Origin: Eledone cirrhosa
Lineage: Eukaryota
Assembly (NCBI GenBank): GCA_964016885.1
Contig: OZ024746.1
Location: forward strand, 75,144,001 to 75,208,000
Direction of reading: 5' to 3'
Length of the DNA stretch: 64,000 nt
Positions 14,711-28,439 of the stretch are shown one piece after another; position 1 is the first letter of the stretch, and the number at the start of each line of letters is the position of its first letter. The notes under the pieces are model-generated. The model worked only from the letters and a program-made list of their open reading frames with translations. It was not told the DNA's origin and searched no databases. The translations under genes were made by a program, and so were the position numbers.

Positions 14711-16498
14711 CTGAAAGATATTTAAATTTACTGTTTTTTAATTTATTCAAGTCATCGAAATCTATTAGATTTTTAAACTAAGAAACAAATCTTTCATCAC
14801 TGATTGTTTTTCAAAATCCAGCTTTCACAATTGAAATAAAGAATTATTTTCATAAAGATATTTCGATTTTTATAACTGACAAAAAAGAAATCTTTTCATA
14901 CAAATCTTATATAGAAAACATTTCACCTTTATCCATAAGATCGTCTTTTCGCTGCCTTAAATTATATTTTCGTTGGTAATACAACTAACAATATGACGGC
15001 AGTGGTTTAGTAGAATCAGCTGACTAGCATTTTGAATTCAAATCACGTCTCGGGATATTTTAATCGTATTCTTTCAGGGGTCAATAAAATAGTAACGGCG
15101 AAGTCAATAAAATCGACTATATTTCTTCTCCGCACAAAATCCGAGACTTTTTAATTTTCAAATTCAATGCTAATAACGATATTATTGTTAAAACACAACG
15201 TAGAAGAAGCTTGCCTTAAACCAAAGATCTCGCTCAAATGCTTGTAACTGAATGAACCTAACGACAAAAGGGTAGTGTTAAACCGCGTGTGTACTATCTA
15301 TGAACTTACAACACAAAAAGCAGGAACAAATACTGCAAGATATCTCATCTACCTCTGTAACAATTTCACCGATTCACCTACGTGGATTGGTAGTTTATTT
15401 TACCAGCCCCGAAAGGTTGAAAAGCAAAGTTCACCTTGGTGAAATTTGTACTCGAAGTGCTGGGATCCAGAACAAATTCCGTAATTCATGTTGTGCAATA
15501 CTCTAACGAGTCTGCCAATTCATCACGAAATTTCTTTTAAGTAACATTTTTTCATGATTTGTATTTATTACCTATTAACATGTGAGATTAATAATATATA
15601 ATCAAATGTGATTCCTAGCACACGAAGCAGCTGTAATGCTTTTGAACTCAATATTAATGAGCTGATAGTCCAAATCCTTCCCTACGAAACGAAACTGGAG
15701 TACAGGTATTTCACCTGTGATCTTATGAAAGGTGTGAATGTCACAAAATATCGTTATAGCAGCAGTGAAATGTCAACACATGAAATCAGTTTTAACTGAT
15801 AAATTACCAAACACCACATTGAAATAGATTTAAACAGTAGAAGAGTGTGATTGTAGTCAAATAATAGCAATGTTGATTTCTAATCTAGACACAAGGCATG
15901 CATTTATTAGGGATGGTAAATCGATTATATCGACCCCAGTACTTGGCTGGTACTTTATTTTATGAAAAGCAAAGTTGACCTCTGGTTGATCTGAACTCAG
16001 AATGTGAAATGCCAGAAGAAAATACCGCAATGGCATTTTACCAATACCCCACTAATTTTGCCAATCCAACATCCTTATAGCAATATTAATAATTGTTTCT
16101 ACATTTGGCACAAGGCCAGAAATTACCCAGTGCATTACTGGTACTTTATTTTATCTACCCCATAAGGATGAAAGGCAAATTTAACCTTGGCGAGATTTTG
16201 TTAAGAGTATTCAATGGAACACTAGACCTGGGACAAACCTATAGCAGTGACAGAACTCTTCAATATGCTCAATCCAAAGAATGCTTTCTCTTAAAGTTCA
16301 TTTCCTAAGGACTCACTCAATTCCATCTCATTTGTTAATATGGGTATTCGTTTGAGAAACTTGGAGGATCAAATATGCGATCGACTTAAATTAATCTTAG
16401 ATAAAAACATACAAAGAACGCATGTATATATGCGATAAGTGACAGATAGTTAATTACGCATGATTCTCGCATAAGATTAACGGCGTATTAATAATAAT

Positions 16499-16531
<33 letters not shown>

Positions 16532-16579
16532 AATAATAATAATAAGCTATAATAGAGAAAAGGGAGAAAATATACTTAC

Positions 16580-16850
16580 TGACTCTCATGAGATCTTTGC
16601 AACTATCCCAGTCATATTCAAAAGGTGCCACTGTACACAGAGCGATACTACCCCCAGCGACATAGCCAGGACCGCAGTAGAATGATCCTGAATAATTTCC
16701 TTGGATACACCAATGGTTTAGGCTACAGTTACGTGTATCTCTGAGCCACAGTGTCCCCGTTGGTGGACAGGAAAATGTTTCACATGACACATATATAGAC
16801 GTTGCTAAAACCAGAACACATATCGCAGAAAGGTAACCTTTACAAATCAT
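16580..16850 (-). CDS. Chitin-binding (CBM14/peritrophin-A) gene A, coding exon 1: signal peptide + atypical domain 1
   Basis: ATG at 16850. Hydrophobic leader MICKGYLSAICVLVLATSIYVSC, then a 6-Cys domain (CPPTG...DTRNCSLNHWCIQG...CGPGY...C...C). GTAAGT donor at 16579, phase 1. Confidence 0.85.
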
Positions 16851-16987
16851 GATGTCCTTTTAGCAAACAAATGAGAAGATCCTGGTCGGGCTGGTTTCAG
16901 TTATAAAAGAGCGGGTTGCACTAAGCGGATGCGTTTGCCACAAGTTACCAGCTGAAAGTACCAGACCTCTATCGGCCAACACTCATC

Positions 16988-16995
16988 TTTATATA
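16988..16995 (-). promoter_or_regulatory. Candidate TATA box of gene A
   Basis: TATATAAA on minus strand about 140 nt upstream of the ATG; weak evidence in such AT-rich DNA. Confidence 0.3.
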
Positions 16996-17072
16996 TCTGT
17001 GTACACATCATGAAGGATGTAAGATGTTTCCTTGCTTGTTTAACCCGATAGATGTATACATATTTGACATAT

Positions 17073-17193
<121 letters not shown>

Positions 17194-17864
17194 TATATAC
17201 ATATATACACATGCGTCTCTGTGTGTGCGTGTGTGTGGTCAAGTTTATTTGTCTATATATATATATTGGTGACTGTGAATATCTAACTGTGTGTATATAA
17301 AACAATCATGAACAAATTGGTTTGGTGCCTGAGTGTGAAACATTGCTTCGTAATGAAGATGTAACAGATATACGTACGTAGACACATGCGCACATATGCA
17401 TATATGTGTGTATGTTCATGAACGTGTGTATGTATGTATGTATGTATGTATGTATGTATGTATGTATGTATGTATGTATGTATGTATGTATGTATGTATG
17501 TATGCATGTATGCACGTATGTATGTATGCATGTATGTATGTATTCATGTATGTATGTCCAATCGTATATGTCTGCAAATAAATGTTTTTATAGGGTTTGA
17601 GTATTGCTTAATGAAAACAAAAACAAGAACAAGAGACAGGTTGATGTAGGTTTAATGAGAATCAAAGAGGAAGCAATTACCATATATGGACAGCGTATGT
17701 TGTGTCACCATTTGGAGGAGATGGTATAGTGTAAATTAATTGGCCAAAATTACAAGAGATGTAGGTAAACAATTTGGTTCAGTTTCTTCTGTAGAGTCAC
17801 ATAAACTGACAAATCATCGTAAGTTACAAAGATTACAAACACATATATATACAAACATACATAA

Positions 17865-18042
<178 letters not shown>

Positions 18043-18111
18043 GCAGACAGACAGCTAGAAAGATAACTAGATTGATTGATAGATAGATAAATAGATAGAT
18101 AGATAGATAGA

Positions 18112-18290
18112 TATGTTTCTTTATTAGCCACAGGGGCACAAAAGAAGGGGACAAATACAAAAGGGGAAGTTTAGATACAATAAAAACGTGTAAAATACTA
18201 TCACAAATGCAATTTAAAAATTTATCGATTTTCCCCAATAGGGGGAGACATTTCATATGAGTAACACATACCCCCGAAAACATGTGCAAA
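18112..18290 (-). mobile_element. Tx1-like LINE 3'-end fragment in (GATA)n
   Basis: Near-identical to 60634-60810; GATA repeats on both sides. Confidence 0.8.
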
Positions 18291-20694
18291 AATAGATAGA
18301 TAGATAGTTATGTATGTATATGTCTGTATAAATAAATGTATGTGTACTTACTACACACGCACCAATATAATATACATATATTTGTGCACGTGCAAGTATA
18401 TATACATATATGTATTCGTGTGCATGTGTGATTCTTATTAAATAGAGTATTAAAATGTGTATAAATGTCTGTTCTAAATGCAGGCATGTTGTGATGTGAG
18501 AAAGAGATATTATGAGAGAGATCATGAGAGAAATGGGAGGAGAGAGAAATAGATGGATATAGAAAGATTCAGTGAGAGATGTGGGAGTAAGTTGTGTTAA
18601 TATGTCTTGTCGCTTATTTTTGTCATGACGATTTGATGTTAGATTTACAAGGGCGTGCTAACCCCAAACACAAGTGACCGATGACAGCGGCTCCCTGCGA
18701 AATCTTGTGATGATATCGTTAATGAGTTGCCAGCTGCAAACATCTTTGACAATATTTGAGAAGCAAGCTACCCGTAGTGAGACTAAGCACCGAATCTCCC
18801 ACGCTATATACACGACTAAAAAAATTGGGATGGGAAAATAGAGAACAACGCGTTCAATGGCTCAGCCTTTATAACAATGTTTGCTTTTAAAAATCTACTA
18901 CTGTCAATGATTAACCTGGCCAACATGACAAGCTTCTATTTAATTGCTCCTGCTTGAAATAGCAGCCAATTTTAACTCAAATTACAGCCTATGATTTTAA
19001 ACAAATGACGAAAACAGTGGATAATATGGTTTTAGAAATACTATAGTTGTACCTGTATTACATTGATCATTAATCCATTCAAGAAGGGGATCTTTTAAAC
19101 ACTTATATTAATATAGTGACAAGAATATGTTAATAACATTTTGCGATCTTTTGTAAGTTATTTGCTTTGAAATCTGGACCCGAATCACATGTCCTTTAAA
19201 CAGGATTATGTAATCTTTGATACAAAAGGAATTTCGAGCTTCCCGCTTGCGCTTGCTAATTACCTCTAGAATATACTTGGGAAATATTGTATTCTTTCTA
19301 AAAATCGGAGTTGAAACCTTGCTGGGTTCTAAAACATATGCTATATACCTTTTGGACTTTCGCTAAGTCAACATGCAATCATTTCTGTAAATTTGATATT
19401 GTAGGACATATTGTAGGACATATTGTAGGGCATATTGTAGGACATAATAAAGAATTTAGAGATGTAACAACACAAGATATCGAATATAAATATGAGATGA
19501 ATAATCAAAATAATAAAGAGTTCTAATCTGGACAAGGTCTGCAATTTTGGGGGATGGGAAGTCGATTATATCCACCCCCAGTGCGTTATTAGTGCTTTAT
19601 TGTATCGACCCCGTAAGGGTAAAAGGCAAAGATGACCTCGAGAAAATCAAAATAATAATAACTATTAAAAAATAAATCAATCCAATTGAAATAGCAAGGC
19701 TTGAGGTCAAAGGAAAAAAATAAAACCCTAGGTTGCAGCAACTACAGTGACTTCTGCAAAATTAGGATGAATTCGTGAAATATATATATATTACAATAAC
19801 TAAACAATAACTAAAAATGTTCTTTTTTAAGATGAAACCTATTCTAACTACATTTCATTGATGTGAAACATGAATGCTAGGTTCTGATTTTTTAAATGAA
19901 ACGTTGAATAAAATTACTCCATTTCCCTACACGAAACATCAAACTAACGAAAGGGTTAAGAAAGACAGGAAGCCATTAAACTTTTGTTAATTGGCAAAAA
20001 GGGAAAGAGGAAATTTTATTTTGTAATACGACACTAATCTTCGCAACTTTGACCTGTTAGAATTGGCAACCAAATTCTCTCAAATCATATGCTATCCTCT
20101 TAAAGAAGAATGGCAACATTGCTCAATATTATCCTAGATACACGTAAAGACTGGTTGTTCATGTCTAAAATACCTTTAATAACAGAGCAGATCTGGCTCT
20201 AAACAAGAAACTCTAGCGAAATTAGTAATGCAAGGATGAATACACGGCAAAAGAGGTGTAGAAAGGCCAGATAGTAGAGTGGGGTGATACGTCATTAGAT
20301 GAGTAAGGGGGAAGATGGTGGACCACCTGAAGTTACATGATGACCTCGAAAGATGTAGCTTGTAGTAAGACTTCTCTAAGCTAATTGATCATTTACGGCG
20401 AGATTTTGTTTCAGTATTTGGAATCAGGTTTCTAATAATGAGTATAAATGTTATTGTGAGAAATGTTACTAGAGACCATTAAATGAAAAGTTTCCACCTT
20501 CAAATTCAGTTTCGTTATTGTCAATCTCCAATCCGTCATGGAAATGACGATATTTAGGATGACGATGACGAATTTCAGATTGACGTTGATGAATTTGAGG
20601 TTGATAATGTGAAATTTGAAGGGAAAAACACCTCTAGATTTAGTCATTTTCATTGCACTTATTAACGTTGAAAGTTTCATGACTAATTTGGAGC

Positions 20695-20740
<46 letters not shown>

Positions 20741-21246
20741 GGGTGTGTATGATTGTGTATAGAAGATTATATTAATAAAAGGAATTCCAGCTTGTCTGAT
20801 TTACTCGTTTTATTTACAATCCTTTAATTCAGAGGGGTTTTAAATTCCCAAATAACAGACTAATTGTATTAAGTCAAATACTGCGTACCACATGTTACTA
20901 CCTAATTTTCAAGTTCGCTGGCCGTTTGTAAACAAATCCTACCTTGTGTCTCTCTAGATATTGTTTTTGTTTTATATACGCCTTCTTGTCTGTCTATGGT
21001 GTCTGTGTGTGCGAAACCACATTTCAAATTCTTCCAATACTTAAATTAACGGTTATATATATATATATATATATATATATTAATAAAAGGAATTCCAGCT
21101 TGTCTGATTTACTCGTTTTATTTACAATCCTTTAAAATTATAATGGTATTAGAATGAAATATTATGGTAGAATATTAAATGTTAAGTGACAGTCAAGTTT
21201 GCAATTTTCAACTGAAAATTGCAAACTTGACTGTCACCACAGAATA

Positions 21247-21285
21247 TGAACCTGAAGATTGCGAAAGCATGAAAGTGCTTGTTCA
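21247..21285 (+). ncRNA. Minimal type I hammerhead ribozyme motif
   Basis: TGAAC-CTGAAGA-T-TGC-GAAA-GCA-T-GAA-AGTGCT-T-GTTCA. 5-bp stem I and a GAAA-tetraloop stem II. Confidence 0.8.
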
Positions 21286-21615
21286 ATTAACACTTAACAT
21301 TTAATATTCTACCATAATATTTCATTCTAATACCATTATAATTTTAAAGGATTGTAAATAAAACGAGTAAATCAGACAAGCTGGAATTCCTTTTATTAAT
21401 ATATATATATATATATATATATAGCGAATGAAAAGTGGTAAGGAACCAGGTGGACCATAACGCACCAAAGTACTCAATACTTAGGGTAGTAGAGTGGGTA
21501 ATAGGAGTAAGTAAGACCCCGACGGCTGAGCTCAAGCCGTTTCGACGGCTAATTGATTCAGTACAGAATTAGCCGTCGAAACGGCTTGAGCTCAGCCGTC
21601 GGGGTCTTACTTACT

Positions 21616-21660
<45 letters not shown>

Positions 21661-21664
<4 letters not shown>

Positions 21665-21989
21665 CCGTTAATTTAAGTATTGGAAGAATTTGAAATGTGG
21701 TCTTCGCACACACAGACACCACCATAGACAGACAAGAAGGCGTATATAAAACAAAAACAATATATAGAGAGACACAAGGTAGGATTTGTTTACAAACGGC
21801 CAGCCAACTTGAAAATTAGGTAGTAACATGTGGTACGCAGTATTTGACTTAATACAATTAGTCTGTTATTTGGGATTTTAAAACCCCTCTGAATGCAAAA
21901 TAAAAAACGGATAAGTATTGACGTACATGGGAAACGAACCCACATCTGTGGTTTGCCGGACCTATGTGTTAGCATTATACCACCACGCC
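21661..21989 (-). mobile_element. tRNA-headed repeat (SINE-like); inverted copy of its body at 20828-21055, another copy at about 22505-22665
   Basis: Minus strand 21919-21989 folds tRNA-like (A box TGGTATAATG, B box GGGTTCGTTTCC, imperfect acceptor stem). The body ends in (TA)n. Confidence 0.6.
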
Positions 21990-22029
21990 ACCTATGCCTG
22001 CTTTTATTCAATTACAAGCTATATAACCA

Positions 22030-22475
22030 TAGCAGGTATATCTATCTATCTAAGGCGGGTAAAATTCCCGAGATCCATGGACGAGTCCTCTCCAGCGGTC
22101 TCTGTCCCTCATTATCGCTGCCATGTCCTGCATCTCCAACAGACCAGTGTCTGTCCTTAGGGCATCAACATACGTTAACCTTGGTCTTCCTCTTCTAGTG
22201 TGTCCATCCTCTTCATTGCTGTAGTGGAGTCTGTGCTACTGTATGGGTTTGATGGTGGATGGGTGCTACACGAGAATGCTGAGGATGGCTCTAAACATTA
22301 ATCAGTATACACTGAGGATGAAAAACTCAGAGCTGTATGGGAGCATCCCAAAAGTCAGCTCAAAAGTGACACAGAGGAGACTGAGGTTGGCTGGACATGC
22401 TCACCGACATCCAGAGTTGACATTGCACTCAGTGCTCCTGTGGGATCCCCTACATGGACACACTAGCAGGTATAT
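22030..22475. mobile_element. RTE-clade LINE 3' fragment with internal inversion and candidate target-site duplication
   Basis: Plus strand 22209-22463 encodes VESVLLYG..DGCYTRMLRMALN..RRLRLAGH..LLWDP.HGH. Minus strand 22075-22206 continues GHTRRGRPRLTYVD. TAGCAGGTATAT is repeated at 22030 and 22464. Confidence 0.75.
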
Positions 22476-22675
22476 ATATATGTATATAAATAGGGAAACA
22501 CAATGCAGGCTTTGTTTACAAACGGCTAGCTAATTTGAAAATTAGGTAGTGACATGTGCTTACGCCGTATTTGACTAAATAGAATTAGTCTGTTAGTTGG
22601 GATTTAAAAAAAACTCTGAATGAAAAAAAAAGATGAGTATTTACGTACATGAGACACGAACCCACAACATATATG

Positions 22676-22762
<87 letters not shown>

Positions 22763-22916
22763 TAAAATAACAGATTAAAGTTTAAGCAAAGAATCGCTGC
22801 TTTCACCCTTAACGGGATCTTCTGAAACTAACAAAGTCAATCTGTGAACGCAGAAGTGATTATTTAAAAAAACGTTGTGTAAGGTTGAAACACCCACGTC
22901 CCGTAGGGCCTAAGTA

Positions 22917-23249
22917 GGGTTAACCGCCAATAGATTCAAGCAGCGTCTTTACATGCATACCCATTCTTTTCGTTACCCTCTAAAAAGGAATATGACGTCA
23001 CTTTCAGCTTATATCTGGAGTCTAAAAGACAACCACACCCAATATAAGTTACACTGGAAGATCCTAGCTAGGGCTAGATCGTATAATGGAAATAAAAGAC
23101 CATGTGACCTCTGCGTCGCTGAGGGCCTGGAAATACTCTACGCCACAGACCACATCTTAAACAAAAAATCTGAGGCAATTTCGGCTTGTAAACATAAATT
23201 GCACAAAACTTTCCTGTATTACAGCCCCAGATTATACCCTAACGGATAG
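22917..23249 (+). pseudogene. Penelope-like GIY-YIG endonuclease C-terminal fragment
   Basis: GLTANRFKQRLYMHTHSF...TSLSAYIWSLK...WKILARA.SY.....CDLCVAE.LEI......LNKKSEAISACKHK matches the PLE GIY-YIG pattern with a CxxC...CxH tail. Confidence 0.82.
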
Positions 23250-24041
23250 TACGATCTATACGCGGATATTTTAAGTCTTGATGTGGTAGCTAAGTATATG
23301 TTATGTTTATACCATTACTTATTTGCATAGGTAAGTATATATTACCTGTATGTTTTGTGAAGGTACGTATACTTTCTCGTACGTATATTTGATAGTATAT
23401 GTTATGGCGTATATTTTATATATTCTGGTACATATGCTTTTGATTTTACATGAGTTTTGCGTCTGTGTGAGTATGCGAGTTCGTACGTATGTAGGGTGTG
23501 TGTATATGTGTACTTCGTGTTTTGGTTGACGTGTGTCTCCGAACATTTGTGTATTTACATGTAGGTATCTGTGTGCGCTTGTTATATACGTAATTATTTA
23601 TTTATATACGTTTACTTAATTATTTGTATACACGCACACAAACACACACACATATTTATATGTGCGTGTATTTGTATACCTATGGCGAGTGTTTTCGCGT
23701 ATGCTTGTGTATGTACATATTTGGATGCGTGTATGTATTTATTTAATTTCAATTACCTCTGTATTTTATTTACTTTAATCTTAACTCTGAAGCGGAGAAT
23801 CATTCGGTTTCCTAGTTAGAATTTTAGTCTACGACTTCAGTTATACCATTTACGTGGCGTTGTCTTTGCGTGCAATTGTTCTCCACGCTCCACATATGAC
23901 GTATTATCTTCGGTTTTTTCGTTCATTGCCAGAGAACGTCTCTATGAACCACCTAAGAGAATATTAGTCTACAACTTCTTTTATACCATAAACGTGGTTC
24001 TGTCTTTGCGTCTTTGCGTGTAATTGTTTGTCACCGCTCCA

Positions 24042-24230
24042 AATAATTGTTTCTACTTTAGGCACAAGGCCAGCAATCACCCAGTGCATTACTGGTACTT
24101 TATTTTATCGACCCGGTAAGGATGAGAGGCAAAGTCAACCTCGGCGGGATTTGAACTCAGATCGTAAAGGGACGTAACTATGCTGGAAAGCATGGCGTCC
24201 GACCCTTTACCGATACTGCCAATCCACCGC
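24042..24230 (-). mobile_element. SINE copy inserted into the Penelope-like element with target-site duplication
   Basis: TCCAAATAAT at 24038-24047 and 24231-24240 flanks a full-length SINE. Confidence 0.85.
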
Positions 24231-24373
24231 TCCAAATAATGACGTATTATATTCGTTATTTCCCGTTCTTTGCCAGGGAACGTTTCCACGAACCAAAGTA
24301 TCGTCTTCCTGTCTTCCTCCGGTTGCAACGTTCTTTGAAATATTCACTTCTGCGTTCATAGATTGACTTTGTT

Positions 24374-24424
24374 AGTTTCAGAAGATCCCGTTAAGGGTGA
24401 AAGCAGCGATTCTTTGCTTAAACT
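24374..24424 (+). ncRNA. Hammerhead motif, CAGAAGA (U4A) core variant; copies at 22779-22829 (-) and 49047-49095 (+)
   Basis: AGTTT-CAGAAGA-T-CCC-GTTAA-GGG-T-GAA-AGCA..TGCT-T-AAACT. The copy at 49047 has compensatory stem I ATTT/AAAT. Confidence 0.65.
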
Positions 24425-24536
24425 TTAATCTGTTATTTTAATAAATATTTGCTCTACGGTTCTTATATATTTGATATATATTTATCCTTATCGAGCTCTC
24501 TTTGGATTTTAGACTTCAAATTTATTATTATTACTA

Positions 24537-25027
<491 letters not shown>

Positions 25028-25382
25028 GGAGTACCTAGACAAGAAAGATTAAGACAAAAGTATATAAATATATATGTCATAAGATAAAAATATAAATAAT
25101 GAAAATAAAGATAAAGACAAAAGTAATCACGCATATATATACAAACACACATACACATATACATGCGTATGCACACACATATGTAAATATGTATACACCT
25201 ATGTATACATATATACGCACAGATGCACATACTTATATACATATACATACACACACATATCCTGTATGTACACTCGCACACCCCTATACATATATATATT
25301 ACGTATAGATACATATATACATACATACTTACATATATATATATATATATGTATGTATGTACATATATATATACATATATAT

Positions 25383-25677
<295 letters not shown>

Positions 25678-26280
25678 CAGAATTCAATTCACTGTTTTAT
25701 TTTTATCCCTACCTCAAAGTACTTGAAGCTTTGACAATAGAACTTGGCCTAATTATGGTTTAAATAATGTCAACTGAAGAAGCCTAATTTATCTCCTCTT
25801 AAGTTTCTTGTGAAAATATGGAGGTCCTCTTGACTAATGTAATCAGATTGGAAAATGTTATTTTAATGTCTATATTTCTAAAGTGACATATATACATACA
25901 TGATGATGGCTACAACTCGATTTCGAGTAATGCCATCGTTTGCTACTTAAGCATGAGTATCAGGAATGTAACCTTTTAGTCCTGCTAGGAAGTTCCTTAT
26001 AGCCAGCAATACCATTGCAACGCAAAAGAAAAATGTTACATATCAAGCGATGCTTGTGTTTGAAGCTTTTTTTAAGTGAGGAAAGGCTTTGTACGGGGCG
26101 AATCCCACTTCCTGAACATCAAATGCATTTTTACACAAAAAGTAGAACTGGTCCTGGTCTACATCAGTTCTACTTTATATATTTATATACTTAGGTTAAT
26201 AGGAGTTAGGTATTGTATACACGTGTCCCATTAAGGTATTGGCAGCATAATAATTAGCTCTATGCTTTGGAGCAGAGCCG

Positions 26281-28229
26281 TATATATGAAAAAGAACACA
26301 AGAACGTCTACAACATCAAAATATTTTTATTGGCTTACAATGTTTCTTCCTTACGTAACCGTAGGATTCGTCAGAGCTATAAAAGGGGTTTGATTGGTGT
26401 TATGGACTCTACCAACCAAACATTCAAGAACAAAGAGTAAAGAGAGTAAAGAGCAAAAGTAGGGGACGATAAGTCTAATTTTGGTGCGGGAGGGTGGGGT
26501 GTGGGTCCTTGTTTACTAGCTGCGGTCATATTCATTCCCGGGAGTCGGGTGGTTAGCTGAACCATAGATGGGGTGGCGTCGATAGTATGGTGCAGAGGGT
26601 GCGCAGAGGCTACACAAACACAAAGGGCGTACAATATATATAGCGGAGGAGAAAGTACATGAGGTAATTAGAAATGGAAAAAGAGTAATAATAATAATCT
26701 ATAATTAATAGTGTATAATAAGGCATGGGGAAGATTACACTATAATAAGGTATAAAAGTAAGAATAAGGTAAAATATAAAGGAGGATAAAAGTGGAAATA
26801 ATAAAGATAAAAAAATAAAGATAAAAAAATATATAGAGAATATATAAAGAAATATAAGCGAATATTTGGAGGGGAAAACACAATGTAAAAAAAAACCGAT
26901 TTTTTCAAATAATAATAAAAAATATAATAATTATGGGGGGAGAAAACAGGATAGAGAAATATGATCAAGTGTGATTAGTTGAGAGAATATAAGATGATAA
27001 TAGTTATGTCAAGTTTATACATCTTAATAATAAATAATCTGTGTATCAGAGTTGCAGAACCCTCAATTCACTTACGGGTTCAAGCCATGTGGCATGGTCC
27101 ATTGTTTATTTGTGCGGTCATGTGCGTTTGTTTTTGACACCACAGCAGATGCACAGGTTCGTAAATTCCGATGCAGATAGAAATCTATTTTTGCTCACCC
27201 GGACATTGACGGAGGATCCAATATTCCTAGTTCAATATGTGTTTGGTGTTATTTTGGTCGGGAATATTTTGAACTAGGAATATTGGATCCTCCGTCAATG
27301 TCCGGGTGAGCAAAAATAGATTTCTATCTGCATTGGAATTTACGAACTTGTGCATCTGCTGTGGTGTCAAAAACAAACGCACATGACCGCACAAATAAAC
27401 AATGGACCATGCCACGTGGCTTGAACCCGTAAGTGAATTGAGGGTTCTGCAACTCTGATACACAGATTATTTATTATTAAGATGTATAAACTTGACATAA
27501 CTATTATCATCTTATATTCTCTCAACTAATCACACTTGATCATATTTCTCTATCCCGTTTTCTCCCCCCATAATTATTATATTTTTATTATTATTTGAAA
27601 AAATCGGTTTTTTTTTTTACATTGTGTTTTCCCCTCCAAATATTCGCTTATATTTCTTTATATATTCTCTATATATTTTTTTATCTTTATTTTTTTATCT
27701 TTATTATTTCCACTTTTATCCTCCTTTATATTTTACCTTATTCTTACTTTTATGCCTTATTATAGTGTAATCTTCCCCATGCCTTATTATACACTATTAA
27801 TTATAGATTATTATTATTACTCTTTTTCCATTTCTAATTACCTCATGTACTTTCTCCTCCGCTATATATATATATATATATATTGTACGCCCTTTGTGTT
27901 TGTGTAGCCTCTGCGCGCCCTCTGCACCATACTATCGACGCCACCCCATCTATGGTTCAGCTAACCACCCGACTCCCGGGAATGAATATGACCGCAGCTA
28001 GTAAACAAGGACCCACACCCCACCCTCCCGCACCAAAATTAGACTTATCTTCCCCTACTTTTGCTCTTTACTCTCTTTACTCTTTGTTCTTGAATGTTTG
28101 GTTGGTAGAGTCCATAACACCAATCAAACCCCTTTTATAGCTCTGACGAATCCTACGGTTACGTAAGGAAGAAACATTGTAAGCCAATAAAAATATTTTG
28201 ATGTTGTAGACGCTCTTGTGTTCTTTTTC

Positions 28230-28240
<11 letters not shown>
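26281..28240. mobile_element. ~2 kb foldback of two inverted Penelope-like 3' ends (~950-bp arms, ~35-bp spacer)
   Basis: 26281-27234 and 27269-28235 are near-perfect reverse complements with scattered substitutions. Hammerhead + AATAAA near each outer end, then TA repeats. Confidence 0.8.
28140..28184 (+). ncRNA. Type I hammerhead ribozyme motif (identical inverted copy 26333-26377 -)
   Basis: GCT-CTGACGA-A-TCCTACG-GTTA-CGTAAGGA-A-GAA-AC-ATT-GT-A-AGC, followed by AATAAA. Confidence 0.75.
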
Positions 28241-28282
<42 letters not shown>

Positions 28283-28439
28283 GTATATATTATATAATAT
28301 ATAATCATATTGTATAATATATTATATATTAAACGTACGCGTAAATGACCGTAATAATAAATATTATACTGATCATTTTCATTGTAACACATACATTTCA
28401 AATTTCAAGTTTTCTCCATGTTTTTCCTCTGTCTGTTAA

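Larger units (their letters stand above)
22757..24535 (+). mobile_element. 5'-truncated Penelope-like element (probably Naiad-type): inverted partial pLTR + GIY-YIG remnant + 3' pLTR, flanked by (TA)n
   Basis: 22757-22860 is the reverse complement of about 24345-24448. Endonuclease fragment at 22917-23249. Hammerhead motif in both pLTR copies. Long (TA)n at both ends. Confidence 0.8.

Noticed and set aside
19396-19446. GHIV-repeat ORF
   Set aside because: Four copies of a 12-bp tandem repeat with no coding context.
21919-21989. Functional tRNA gene
   Set aside because: Mismatched acceptor and anticodon stems and embedded in a repeat; treated as a tRNA-derived head.
26377-28140. Duplicated 78-aa and 85-aa ORFs on opposite strands
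   Set aside because: A by-product of the inverted repeat, with no recognisable domain.
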